DNA of 59,754 bases, filler included, from Asterionella formosa (Eukaryota), in assembly GCA_002256025.1 (NCBI GenBank). It is 9 parts of 9 records of this genome, joined end to end, with 100 filler letters (N's around TTAATTAATTAA, not from the genome) between each part and the next. Parts side by side here need not be neighbours in the genome. Positions count along the whole stretch, not along the records: positions 19,986 to 26,540 come from NKIB01012674.1; positions 26,641 to 33,192 come from NKIB01012675.1; positions 33,293 to 39,838 come from NKIB01012677.1; 6 more parts are not named here. One strand, 5' to 3'. Positions 23,268-35,403 of the stretch are shown in pieces. Under the pieces are notes generated by a model, which did no database searches, was not told the DNA's origin, and saw nothing but the letters and a program-made list of their open reading frames with translations. The stretch's first letter is position 1; each line of letters opens with the position of its first letter. The position numbers and the translations under genes are program-made.

Positions 23268-24838
23268 GGTTCACAAACTTTCACTTTTAGTGGCTGTGAG
23301 CGAAGGATGCCTGGTGATAACAATTTTGATTGGTAGATGGTCGTGAAATGGATATCCCTCGGGGTCATTAGTCAAGCAAGAAGAACTCATCGTCAATTCT
23401 GCTGAATAATGGGTTCAACCAGCATTCCATCACCAGGCATCACTCAGGACCAATGATCAAGATACATTCAATATCAGAGAATATGGCGTTTCGATATTTT
23501 CTCTGAAATCACAACAAGAATGACTGCGGTAACCACAGCTGACTTTTGGCTGAAGCAAAATGTACTGCGTAATTTAACGTGATTTATTTTTGTTCGTCCG
23601 TGTCGTTACGAAACGCTCCATCTCACCAGCAAGTTGCGGTACTTTTGCTGAAACTAAAGATTTAGTTATCTTTATCCCAGATTAAATGTTAGATTAAGCA
23701 AAATGACCGCAACTTCCAGATTCGCCAGGATCAATCAGCCAAGTACGACAAGATCCTCCTGTCCATTTTTTGTCTATTGAGCAGGCTCTGGTAGCCTACC
23801 CGTAGTAGTAGTGTAGTCTCCCGGTGAACCGTTCTACTTGAGGCATCATCGAAATGGTACCAGTACCAAGCACAGCAACTTGCAAGGAAGTACCTGATGA
23901 AGCGTTCATGTGTGCAAGATTGAGTCATAGCCCTTCTTGTTGTGGTGGACAGTGGTATCTGATGATCTTCAAATGTGCACACTGGCAGGTTGCAAAGCAA
24001 CTCCAAGAACCATTCTGAGCAGGATATAAATGTTGTTTGCATTGCGATACTACTTGGTACTACTCCGATGAAGGTAGTCTTAAAGAAGCTGGTACCGAAA
24101 CTTCACCGTAATATGTCTGCGTTGATACATTGGCAGTCTACCTGGTACCAGGTACAAGGTACCAGGTAATGGTGGACTGCTCCTAGACTTTAGTCTTGCT
24201 GGTAAACAGCCACATATATATAAATGAAATTATTGGTCAGGGGGACATGTTCAAATAAAAAATACCACGGCGGTACCAAGGAGGATATCGTCATTGATGT
24301 CCTAACTAGGCTTCATTGTAGTCATTGTATGTTTAAAAAGCATAGATTAGAATGTCTGTATAGATTCTTTAAAATACAGTTACCTGGTACTGTACTTCTG
24401 ATAATGACTATTTTTCAAATACTAGTCCACCGGTAATCAGGTACTTGTGTTACCGTTTCACAAACATCAAATTTTACCTTAAGTGGCTGTGAGCAATGGA
24501 TGCCCGGCGGGTCAGGTAGAAGGTCGTAAACTGTGTATCAATCGGGGTCATTAGACAACAAATAACTCATTGTCAATTCTGCTGAATACAGGTTCAGCCA
24601 GCAGCAGCTTGCATTCCATCACCATCAGGCATCGCTCAGGACTGATGATCAAGATACCGGTATAACGGTATGTATCAAAGAACATGGCTATTGTTCCGAT
24701 ATTTTCTCCGAAGTCACAGCAACGAATGGCTGCGGCAACCACAGCTGACGATGCTGGCTGAAGCAAAATGTCCGGCGTAAAACAACGTGATTTCCTTTTG
24801 TTCCTCCGTGTCGTTACGATACCGGTATGCACCATCTC
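23268..24838 (+). repeat. Diverged direct duplication (~360-380 bp): 23268-23623 and 24455-24838
   Basis: Shared blocks AGTGGCTGTGAGC, AACTCA.GTCAATTCTGCTGAATA, GATCAAGATAC, CCACAGCTGAC, TCCGTGTCGTTACGA. Confidence 0.8.
23626..23719. mobile_element. Second copy of the ~96-bp CCAGCAAG MITE
   Basis: Aligns with 10519-10614. Confidence 0.8.
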
Positions 24839-24883
24839 TGCACATAATTTTTTGTCCAAAAATAATTGAATCAATTATTAATA

Positions 24884-26242
24884 ATGCATCAAACAAACAT
24901 GGCAATTTCAAAACAAACCGAACGTATTTTGCTGGACGACGACGATGAAGGGTCGATGGAAAGTATCATTAAGATTGCTACTTTTTATGGGGATATCCAA
25001 GACTTGGATTCTGACGAGGAGTCGTTCGTTGATCTCTATGCTGTCATTGAAGGTAGAGCAAGGTCCAAGCCATCCATTTCGTCACTGGATGATATCAAGC
25101 AGCAGGCTCATAGTAAAAGCGCCAGATTTAGCAGCCGTTTGGAAGAGGACAAACGAATTCATCGCACCAGAACTGTGCTTCATTCAGAGCATGATCATCG
25201 ACAAAGTGATCGAACACGACGACATGTTGTAAGGTCCCACAGTCCCCCTCCTGTTGCTGGATCAGGAAGCTCATCAAGACAGCATCAGCCCAGTCGAGAA
25301 ACTCCCCTTGAACAGAGGTATCGCTTTCATCAAGAGAATATGAAAATGAAGCGAGCGCCGTTGTCGTCAATGGATCGAGTGCGTAGTGGATCGGCAGAAT
25401 CGTGTGACAGGAAAAAAACAAGCACAGGACATCGTCAATTGGAAGATAGAAAGGTCCCGGCACAAGTAGTATTGACAACTCAGTCTGATCATTCACGAGG
25501 AAGACGCAAATGTTCACCAACCTCTTCTACTAAACCCCAAGAATTACACCCAGTTAGCGCAGCACAGTTTTTTCATGATCGTCCAGTTCACTTGCTTTCC
25601 ATACCGTCCATACCAAGGGATCTTGGACCCCTGATACCCATCTCGGAAACCAGCTTGAAAACCTCAGACAGCAAGACTGCTACTACAACGCGGCGTCTTT
25701 TGGGTAGACCAGCAGTTCGCATCGAGAAATTGAAGGGAGACGAGGATCCTGGACCTCGACCTCGATGTGACATTATAGTGACCACACAAGGGAGAAATGG
25801 TCTCACTATGCATCAGAGACATGGGGCTACTACTGCTTGTGCTGCGGATAGAAATCACATCATCGGACAAAAGCAAAGTGCTTTGCATCAACCAAGGTCT
25901 AACAGTTCACTGAACAGTGTGGAACCAGATCCATGGGATCACACCAACGACAAAATTATGTGTTCCAACGCTACTGGAAAGAGCAATTCGGATACAAAAA
26001 CGTCATCTTTGCAAGCAAAAAAGCAAACGCGAAAACTTTCGTGGCAAAGTATCACCGCCTTGAAGCCAACAACCATGCTGTCGCGTCGCGTGTCATATGA
26101 TAATGCTTCTGCTTTGTCAGCGACACGCAAATTGTCGTCCTCATCTCCTTGTGAGCTGTCAGCATCTGGTCTCCAGCGCGAGGATGAACAAGAAATGACA
26201 GATAGTAGCAGAAAGAAGTACATGGACATGTTGTTCAGTTAA
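24884..26242 (+). CDS. Hypothetical Ser/Arg/Thr-rich, probably disordered protein
   Basis: ~450-codon uninterrupted ORF; no recognisable domain; start ATG 24884 or 24899. Confidence 0.55.
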   Translation: MHQTNMAISKQTERILLDDDDEGSMESIIKIATFYGDIQDLDSDEESFVDLYAVIEGRARSKPSISSLDDIKQQAHSKSARFSSRLEEDKRIHRTRTVLHSEHDHRQSDRTRRHVVRSHSPPPVAGSGSSSRQHQPSRETPLEQRYRFHQENMKMKRAPLSSMDRVRSGSAESCDRKKTSTGHRQLEDRKVPAQVVLTTQSDHSRGRRKCSPTSSTKPQELHPVSAAQFFHDRPVHLLSIPSIPRDLGPLIPISETSLKTSDSKTATTTRRLLGRPAVRIEKLKGDEDPGPRPRCDIIVTTQGRNGLTMHQRHGATTACAADRNHIIGQKQSALHQPRSNSSLNSVEPDPWDHTNDKIMCSNATGKSNSDTKTSSLQAKKQTRKLSWQSITALKPTTMLSRRVSYDNASALSATRKLSSSSPCELSASGLQREDEQEMTDSSRKKYMDMLFS

Positions 26243-26284
26243 TTCATCATTGAGTAGTGGTATTCGGGGAAATCAATTGAACTA

Positions 26285-26318
26285 GTAACGTAACGTAACG
26301 TAACGTAACGTAACGTAA
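26285..26318 (+). repeat. (GTAAC)n microsatellite
   Basis: Between six and seven perfect pentamer units. Confidence 0.95.
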
Positions 26319-26640
26319 TAGTCCGAATGATGGATATTCCTCGCTCTAGCTTTAAATAATTGTGAGAGCTCTATGCATGGTTTCTTCAGGTAGTGGACTC
26401 AATACTAGTATATGTGTCAGTATTCGACCAATTTACACTTCTGCTTGTCGCTATAGTGATGTACATGGCTGGTGTGTGTTTCTCCAACAATGGCTGACGA
26501 CGAGTATCAACTTATGGTGCTTTTGTCGAACACAATTTGTNNNNNNNNNNNNNNNNNNNNNNNNNNNNNNNNNNNNNNNNNNNNTTAATTAATTAANNNN
26601 NNNNNNNNNNNNNNNNNNNNNNNNNNNNNNNNNNNNNNNN

Positions 26641-27159
26641 CATCACCTCTGCAGTTCGAATTTGCCTTGAACCCCCTAATAGTCGCTTTGTGACGCTATT
26701 ATTAAGAAAAGAAGCGACATTACTGTTCTTCGGAAACAAAGGAGCTGGAGAACCATGGTCAGAAAAGAAGAATAGGTTGTAGTGGATGCTCTTGACTTGA
26801 CAGTTGGCTCTATAGAAGTCCACCACTGTGCCACTTGGAATGGTGATTCTATTGGGATCATAGGACATTGAAGGGTAGCACTTGTTCATGTATGTCATCA
26901 ATGTTCGCGTAGTCAATAGCATGTCGCTTCCAATGTTGAATTTTTGGATCATGTAGTGAATGAGGAGGTTGGCCGGAATCCAGCGCCCACGTAGTGATGA
27001 CTCCGCCATCACCAAAGAAAAATATCGTCCAAACAACTGAAAGGTTGATGTCATCTGTTTTGCGGTTTGGTTTCCGATCAGCGCTATGATCACGGTTCTA
27101 ATACTATATCGCAAAACACAAGGCACTGAAGGGAAGCAAAGGGAACCAACCGAGCGCAA
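26641..27159 (-). CDS. Hypothetical ORF, truncated by scaffold end (possibly TE-derived)
   Basis: Open frame of ~170 codons; no motif recognised. Confidence 0.3.
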
Positions 27160-28466
27160 TCAACATGGTGATGGTTGTAACAACAAGAGATTCATCGCAC
27201 AAAATATTTAGCTATATTTTTAGAAATAATGGTTTGTACCAGGCCTACTAGAGCTACTACCGGAATATGTTCTTCGATCATGCACCCAGCCATACTCTGG
27301 AAGTTCATGTTTACCTCCAGGTTCCTCGTTACCTGGTTACCTGGTTACCTTGTTCTGTTACCAGGGTACCTGGTACCAGGTACCAGTACCATTACAAATG
27401 GTTGTTCACGTGGTCCAGTCCTAGTACCTGGTACCAATACCTACCGGTAGACCTCGCGGTACCTGGTGCCAGGTACGAGGTAACTGGTTTCTAGTATGTA
27501 CCGGTGCCCTGGTACCTGGTACTACATGATGAGAATTGTTTTGTGGTTTATGTATGTATGTACCGGTCTGCGAAATTGCCAACACCCAGCTATGGATAAA
27601 ATAATTGCATTTTCCTGAAAGGAGGAACGAAATTTAAATCAAAAGCCATCAATTCAAACCAGTGCATCGTTTGAAATTTATGATGGCCTTTTTGATTCCG
27701 GTCTCATGTGTATTCTTGCTTATGTATATAATCATGTATGAATACTTTGATTTCTAAAAAGTGACAGTCAAAAATTGAATCGCTCGTCACGCCAACATCT
27801 GCTGTTATATTTAAATACAGTGATGAATGATGTCACTACCTACTCAAATAGTTTGCATATTCTAATGGGACAGCAATGCGTTGCGTAGAAAGAATACCAG
27901 ACATCAAGATCTGCTCAATTTTTGAATGACAACAGACAGTACAATGTACGTACTGGAGTAGCATTGTACCAGGTACCAGCACTGCACAGCGTACAGTACC
28001 AGGTACCAGGTACCAGGTTTAATTTTGATGACATTACCAGTAATGGAGAACACTCCACCTACAATTACAAAGCGTTGTAAAAGGTGAGCTTCATGTCATA
28101 CTATGTCCAACGCCGGTTGTTTGCTTCGCTACTTGATTGTGACAGTTCAGCCAAAGGAGGAAACAAATAAGTGCGAGATGGAAATATCAAACCCGTCACT
28201 TCACGTTCATTTCTACATTTGCCTTTTTTCAAGGCTGAAGCGAATGCACAACTGCGTCACACGTCCCCCTTCTTTGCCAAGCATCCGCGAGTTGCTGCCC
28301 GTATGCTTTGGCCATATAGTGATATCTGACGATGAAGCCTCAATTTAGTCGGTTCTTTGATTAATCCATGTTCTCCTAACGTTTTTTCAATTCCCCATGT
28401 GTTGTAGCAGCGTTGCGAATCGAATTCAACTATCGTTATTCCCACCAATAAGAGTCTATCATCACC

Positions 28467-29548
28467 ATGGGAAAGAAGCCACCCCGCGATCCAGGTAAGT
28501 TTACGTGCAGTGATGAATCGACGCTGGTTTCGGCAGAGGTGGAAACACTGACCCATTTTGTTCCGCCGTTCTCGTCGGCCCCTTGATTCGGCTAGGTGCA
28601 CCCAAGCGCAACATGTCGGCGTATCTTCTCTATCAGAACGCCATGCGAGAACAATTCAAAGCTGTGAACCCCGGGATGTCCTTTGGACAACTCGCCAAGT
28701 ATACTTCAGCCATGTATGCGGAAATGCCACCGGCAGAAAAAGAGGCTTGGGTCGTTCGCGCAGAAATGGACAAAGTACGATACCTAAATGAACTCTCTGG
28801 ATATCTTCCTCCTCCCGGGTATGATGCCAAGGGAGATGCCGTGATCAGTACTGTCCTTACGAAGGTTAGAAAAGGCAAAAATGACAAAGATTCCCTTGCT
28901 CCAAAGCGGAACATGTCTGCGTATTTGTTGTACCAAAACGCCATGCGGAATCAATTCAAGTCAGAAAATCCGGGCATGACCTTTGGTCAACTCGCAAAAT
29001 ACACTTCGCACATGTACAAAAATCTCACACCAGAAGAAAGAGCTTCTTGGGGAGCGCGAGCAGAGCAAGATAAGGCTCGCTACGATGGCGAAATCGCCTC
29101 CTATGTTCCTCCTCCTGGTCACGATGCTCGTGGTCTCGTAATTGAAGACCCCCGTCCTCGCAAACGAACCAAACGGGGATTAAAAGATCCCGATGCTCCC
29201 AAAAGAGCAAGTGGAGCCTACGTATTCTTTACAAATGAAATGCGGGGTCAAATTTTGAGTGAATTTCCTGGAATCAAGTTTGTCGATATGGGCAGAGTCT
29301 TGGGGGAACGCTGGCGATCCTTAACACCCGCTATGAAGAAACGTTTCGAAGATTTGGCAACCGTCGACAAACAGCGATTCCAAGTGGAGCAGCAACAATA
29401 TCAAAGAAGTCAAGGATCGAGAGTTGCCCTAGAATCAGTCAACAATACTGTTCATCATCATGCCTACGGGTACCATGACCCCTATGGTGCTACAGTTGGT
29501 CAATATGTTGTTCCAGTTGATCCGTACACGCATCATCATTTTGGATGA
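28467..29548 (+). CDS. Triple HMG-box protein; exons 28467-28494 and 28596-29548
   Basis: The GT-AG intron 28495-28595 restores MGKKPPRDPG-APKRNMSAY. Three HMG boxes (APKRNMSAY x2, APKRASGAY); His/Tyr-rich tail. Confidence 0.9.
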
Positions 29549-30234
29549 TAAGGCTTAGGAAGCCATTTCGACTTGATTCCATCGTGCGCGGTTGTCAAGT
29601 CTACTTTATTTTTCGTATCGTAAACACGGTTAACTTCAGTGATGAAGTAGAAAACAATGCATATAATTAGCTCAACTGTATATGCCTGTCGAACATCAAT
29701 GATTCGAGCGAAGGGGACTATTTATTGTGAAAGTCATTTGTAATCCAGACTCTAGAAACTTGGATTCCCTCGTTTGGGACATGGATAGTACGAAGTTCAG
29801 CTGTACAGCATTTGGTGTTGCTGGGGTTAATATTCTTTAAATAAGATGCAGCTTTGCAAGTTCTTTCTATCCAATCTCTATAGGTTAAATGGATACCCCA
29901 CTAAGTTGAATTATTCGACCGGAGGAAACAACTTAGTGTTCCTGTATGAATACAGCAAATGATTTCTGCTGATTGAAAGGGAAATCGTGTGCTATCCTTG
30001 CGCGAAACAAGGCCAACTCACTTTTCATCCAAACTTCGACCCCTTCCTTTCACAACTTGACAACGAGGGGAATTAGTGTTCACTCATTTTAGAATGTCCT
30101 AAACTATTACCGGAAGGCAGAATTGTTTTTCTGGTACGTACACAAAGAAAGTCTATACTCAGCACGAGAGAAAGGGCAGGATAGACCTGCCAACCCTGTT
30201 GTAATCAACATTTCATTAATACTAATCTAAAGTG

Positions 30235-32406
30235 TTAGGCCTTCTGTAAAGCCAATTTGGCTTCAAGTTCTGCAATCTTTGCTTCCAGCTCTGCGACGGC
30301 GGGTGTCTTTGGGGCAGCAATCACGATATCAGCAGCAGTTGCAGTTCCGATCTCGTCAGTCACGCAGCCCTCACTAGCAGTCGCCACACTCTGAATGTAC
30401 TTGAATAAGGTTCCCTGGGTGGTGCGAAGCGGAGGTGGGACCCACTCTTTTCGCCTCTTCTCCCATTCATCGTCGGAGATGAGAAGATCAATTGTTCGCT
30501 TTCCAGACGTGGCATCAATGCGGATAGGATCACCATTCTTAACAAGAGCAATGGGTCCTCCAACCTGAGCCTCTGGAGTAATATGTCCGATGCAAAAACC
30601 ATGACTTCCTCCACTGAATCGACCGTCGGTCAACAGGGCAACGACGTCTCCGAGCCCAGCACCCATGATGGCACTGGTTGGAGTAAGCATCTCTGGAAGA
30701 CCGGGTCCTCCCTTTGGCCCCTCATATCGAATGATAACAACATCACCAGCCTTTATTTCTTTGTTCTCCAATCCACGCATCATCAACTGTTCGTTATCGT
30801 ACACTCGAGCTGTTCCCTGTCAAGCAAGGCAAGCACACAGTTAGAAACGTAAACAAATCAAAAAGCATTCTCAATTGCATTGTAAGAACTTACAGTGAAC
30901 GTCTCTCCTTCTTTTCCGGTAATCTTGGCAACGCCCCCTCCTGGGCACAAGTTTCCGTACATGATCTGCAAATGTCCAGTCGTCTTGATAGGATTACTGA
31001 GAGGACGAATAATTTCCTGTCCCGGAGTTAATCCCGGGTGCTTGAGGTCGATTAAATTCTGCTTGTGTGTCTTTCCAGTGACAGTCAACTGATCTCCATC
31101 AAACAGATCATTGTCAATCATGAACTTAATTACTCCAGGTGTTCCTCCAATGTTCTGAACATCTTCCATGACAAAACGACCAGAAGGCTTCAAATCTGCC
31201 AAAAACGGCGTGACGTCTGAAATGCGCTGAAAGTCGTCTAAAGTAATAGCTACACTGGGATCTTGGCAAGATCGCGACATTGCAATCAAGTGAAGAACAG
31301 CGTTGGTTGATCCTCCAGTAACCATTACCATACGAATAGCGTTCTCAAACGCCGCCTTTGTCATGATATCACGCGGCTTAATGTCCTTCTCCAGCAACAC
31401 CTTCATGGCAGCACCAGCTTGAAGACACTCATCAATTTTTTCCTTGGAGTCAGCAGGGGAACTAGAAGAGTATGGAAGGGACATTCCTGTGTTGGTGGAA
31501 TTGTGAGAACATGTGAAGTGCAGCGAAAGGCCTTTCCATACATCACCCCAACGGCTTACCCAGAGCTTCAATGGCAGTAGCCATGGTATTGGCAGTGTAC
31601 ATTCCACCACAAGCTCCTTGTCCAGGACACGAGTGCTGAACAATTTCCTGTCTCTCTTCCTCGCTAATCTTGTCATAGATATACTGTCCGTACGATTGGA
31701 ACGCACTTACAATATCCAATGGATCTCCAGTCGAGGGCTGAATCCCTGCCCGAATGGTTCCTCCATAAACCATAATACCCGGACGATTTAAACGCCCCAT
31801 GGCCATAATACATCCAGGCATGTTTTTGTCGCATCCGGGCAAGGCGATCAAACCATCGTACCACTGTGCGCCCATGACGGTTTCCATCGAGTCGGCAATC
31901 AAGTCACGCGACTGAAGCGAATAGCGCATACCCGAAGTGCCCATGGAGATACCGTCACTCACACCGACAGTGTTGAATCTAAAGGCCACACAGTCCGCAT
32001 CTTTGACTCCTTTCTTGACGCTCTCGGAAAGGTCCAACAAATGCATGTTGCAAGGGTTTCCTTCGTACCAAACAGAACAAACGCCGACCTGAGGCTTTTT
32101 CATGTCTTCTTCATTTAATCCAGTTGCGTAAAGCATCGCTTGAGAAGCTCCCTGTGACTTTGGCTCTGTCAAGACTCTTTAATTTTAATGCGAACGTGTG
32201 AGGATACTGACACGCGCAGCATGATAGGTCGCAGCATCATTCGGCCGGTCTGAATCTTCCTGCAAGACTTACTTCGAATATTTGTTCAAGACAGGTTCAT
32301 CTGCAGCCATAGATACGGCAGACGCATGGCGAGTGAAAGCCTTGGGTGCAAATGCCTCAACCTGAAAGAGGATAACAGCGCTAAGCAATGTGGATCGTAT
32401 GCTCAT
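30235..32406 (-). CDS. ilvD: Dihydroxy-acid dehydratase, plastid-targeted; exons 32406-32273, 32176-31560, 31486-30894, 30816-30235
   Basis: Motifs [43 protein letters not shown]. Three GT-AG introns (96, 73, 77 bp) restore the frame. Presequence [21 protein letters not shown]. Confidence 0.95.
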
Positions 32407-32496
32407 GTTGACGCCAGATTCTAGTTTATGATGTTTTGGATTTACTCAGCAAGATTTTTATCAAACTGGTTCTTTCTGTTGAGGGGAACCTTATCG

Positions 32497-32643
32497 TGAA
32501 TAAAGGTGAACTACAATATTATGACTATTCTATTGCTGTTCCAAGTACATCGTTGTCAGCACTCACGCATGTACCTAATCTGGTGGCTGCGCCGGTATGG
32601 TTCGTACGGCGCATGTATGGAGCATCATATGCAGATATTAACA
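32497..32643 (-). repeat. Copia 3' LTR (~147 bp, TGTT...TTCA)
   Basis: Follows the PPT GGTGAGGGTG (32644-32653) on the minus strand; the distal boundary is inferred from the TATTCA end. Confidence 0.6.
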
Positions 32644-33192
32644 CACCCTCACCAACAGATGCAGGCAGGAGAACAGGAGCGGGGAGGGAGATGCTATCAG
32701 CATCGGAAGCCAAGCACGCATAATAGTTAGGAGGACTAGGGAGGGATGGAGGGCAATGGAGGTAGTGCGGGCGCATCAACATATGATGGGAAGCGGGATG
32801 ATGTTTAGTGAAATAATCAGCACGATTCAAACTACCTTTTTTCCAGTATACAAGAAATTGGCCTTGGCGAACCCGATCGCGTACCCAGTAATAACGCATA
32901 TCCATAGCTTTGGAACGTTTTTGTCGGACAGTATCATTGGCGATGCCACTGGCAGTGCTATTATCGGTGACAATACGGGTAGAAGGTTGGGGATGACCAA
33001 GCTCAGCAAGAATGGTGCGAATAGCATATGCCTCTTTGCCATTGTGGAATAAAGCAGCTAATTCGGCCTCAGCAGCACTTGATACAACCTCCTTAAGAAT
33101 TTGACAGTGGACGTAAATAGCACCGTTAAGAGGAGGGATGGATGTAGTGAGGCTAGGTGGAGACACGGGTTTACAGCTGAGAAAGTGAATGC
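32644..33192 (-). mobile_element. Ty1/Copia (diatom CoDi-like) pol 3' end, RNase H
   Basis: SSAAEAELAALF, TDNSTA, KRSKAMDMRYYWVRDR, NRADYFTKHHP; open frame; truncated by scaffold end. Confidence 0.9.
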
Positions 33193-33292
33193 NNNNNNNN
33201 NNNNNNNNNNNNNNNNNNNNNNNNNNNNNNNNNNNNTTAATTAATTAANNNNNNNNNNNNNNNNNNNNNNNNNNNNNNNNNNNNNNNNNNNN

Positions 33293-34480
33293 ACTCAATA
33301 CTCAGATAGCACAACCCTAACATGGACCACAGAGTAGTGCAAACCGGAAAGGTTAAAGAGGGAGATTCTATAACAACACTGCCACAACCAATACAGGAAG
33401 GCATCTGAATCGCAATTCGGCCATGGAACCGTGCAAGCACTGCTTAGATTCAATGGATTGTCGGTGGCAGCAATTCAAATCCTGCAAGGCACTCTGTGTG
33501 AAAGTGCAGATGAAGAATGTCATCAAGGAGTAAGAGAACTCATTACAGAAATGGCGGTCCCGGAGGGAATACGGGCGTGCCTAACAATTGATACTTTTAT
33601 CACAGAGGGAGATTTCAGCAGAAAGGGAATTCTTGGGTGGAAGGAACAGACCACATCCACTTTCCCAAGTATCCATCAGCCACCTTGGCCATTACAGGGC
33701 AGCGCTAAACAACACACAACTAAGTAAAATAAAGAAAGGAAATCCGACAGAAAGAGGAGGAGATGGAAAAGCAAACAAAGATTAACACAGGAGCGGTGAA
33801 AAACAGCAATTGCATCGATGTCGATTTGGCGTTTTCCACAAACACTCTGCACAGTCAGTAAATTCATGGCAATGCTATCAACACAAAGCAAAAAAGAAGA
33901 AGAACCAGAAAAAGGCAGTGGTAACAAGAGAAGAGAAAATAAAATAAAATAAAATTTTAACACCTTTCACTACATTGAGCGGTATGACAGTGCAAGAAGC
34001 AAGAAGGATGCAAGAATTGGCGATATGCTAAACATTAACAAGAATAAAGAAGACAGAGAAATGAAGAAGTCACTGATGAAGAATTTGCTCCAGAGCTGGA
34101 TGTGCTGCTCAAAGAAATTATTTTGATAACAAAGGCAATGAAGACAAAGACAAAAACAATGATGTGGAAGCCCTGGAATGATCAATTGTTGTTATAGATA
34201 GACACTTCAAATTGAATCACCAGAAGTGGGGCCGAAATGGAAAGCTTCAACCCAGCCAATCCACTCACCAACCCATTCTCCAGCTGACAAAAGCAGTTCA
34301 TTCATAGAGAACTGAACCAAGAACAAAGCTACCACATTTCTTTAAACTACGTGCTTCCACATGAGGAAATGACTACCAACCAATATGGGCCATGGAGCAC
34401 AATGACAGCAACTCTAGATATAAAAAAGTAAGAATGCACTATAAAAATGATTAATAAATATCAGTTCACCAGTGTACATA
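33293..34480 (+). mobile_element. Decayed non-LTR retrotransposon fragment
   Basis: WKEQTTSTFPS...HLGHYRAAL resembles the pre-RT motif of stramenopile LINEs; frameshifted; A-rich. Confidence 0.5.
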
Positions 34481-34867
34481 CGATGATACTAGAAAATATG
34501 TATTTAGGAATGTAGAGACTAGTAGTACCCCCCAGCAATTTACACTGCAATGACTGAATTTGACTGATTTTACTTAAGGGGGGGTCCTGGAAAACAAAGA
34601 TATTTCTCTTCTAATGGACCTAAGTAAATTTCATTGTTGAGAAATGAGTTTCACCCTAAAATAATTCCTGCCAAATCGACTTCCAGCATAATAGTATTCA
34701 AAACAATCATTACACGAATGAAAGATAACCGTTTTCCGAGCTAGCTAGCGTATTTATTTAAGCACTGGATCACCAGGCGTGAATATCTGCGATGTCCTAA
34801 TCGTCATTTCGGTTAATTTACCGCAACTTGCTGGTACTCAGACTGGTTTTGTCTAGTTTAATAAATA

Positions 34868-35224
34868 TTAGGAAACTCCCTGTTCCACGCCGTTTTTACA
34901 ACCCTAGCGATATTTTCTCCGAACTAGGGTTAAGCCGGGGCTGCAACCTTAACATATTAACAAGAGCCATGAGCATACATGTTGCCATACTCCTAACTTA
35001 TATATGTGTTTTGGCGTTCAGCAAAATTATGTTTACATCCAGCAACGTAGAAAAGTATAAACGCTTAAATATCATTTTTTTTAAATGAAACTCTATCAAT
35101 CTGGCCCCGATTCCTATTTAATTCAAACATTCAAATGGACACTCGACTCATGGGAATTCATAGTAGGAAACTCCCTGTTCCACGCAGTTTTTCAACCCTA
35201 GCGTTATTTTCTCCGAATTAGTGT
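34868..35224 (+). repeat. Direct repeat of ~60 bp (34868 and 35164); the segment between matches 23187-23267
   Basis: TAGGAAACTCCCTGTTCCACGC..CAACCCTAGCG.TATTTTCTCCGAA occurs twice. Confidence 0.75.
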
Positions 35225-35403
35225 AGTCATGTATATTTTGGCTCTTGGGTGCCAACCATTTTAATTTTCAAACTCTGATTGCCCTTCGTCATCCAAGTCG
35301 GGAAATATCTGTCTGTTCTGGGATTGAATGACATGAAAAAGCCAAATAATCGCAACTTTCAGCTACTGCAAATCTCTGAGTACCGGTCAAACAATTTGCA
35401 GTA

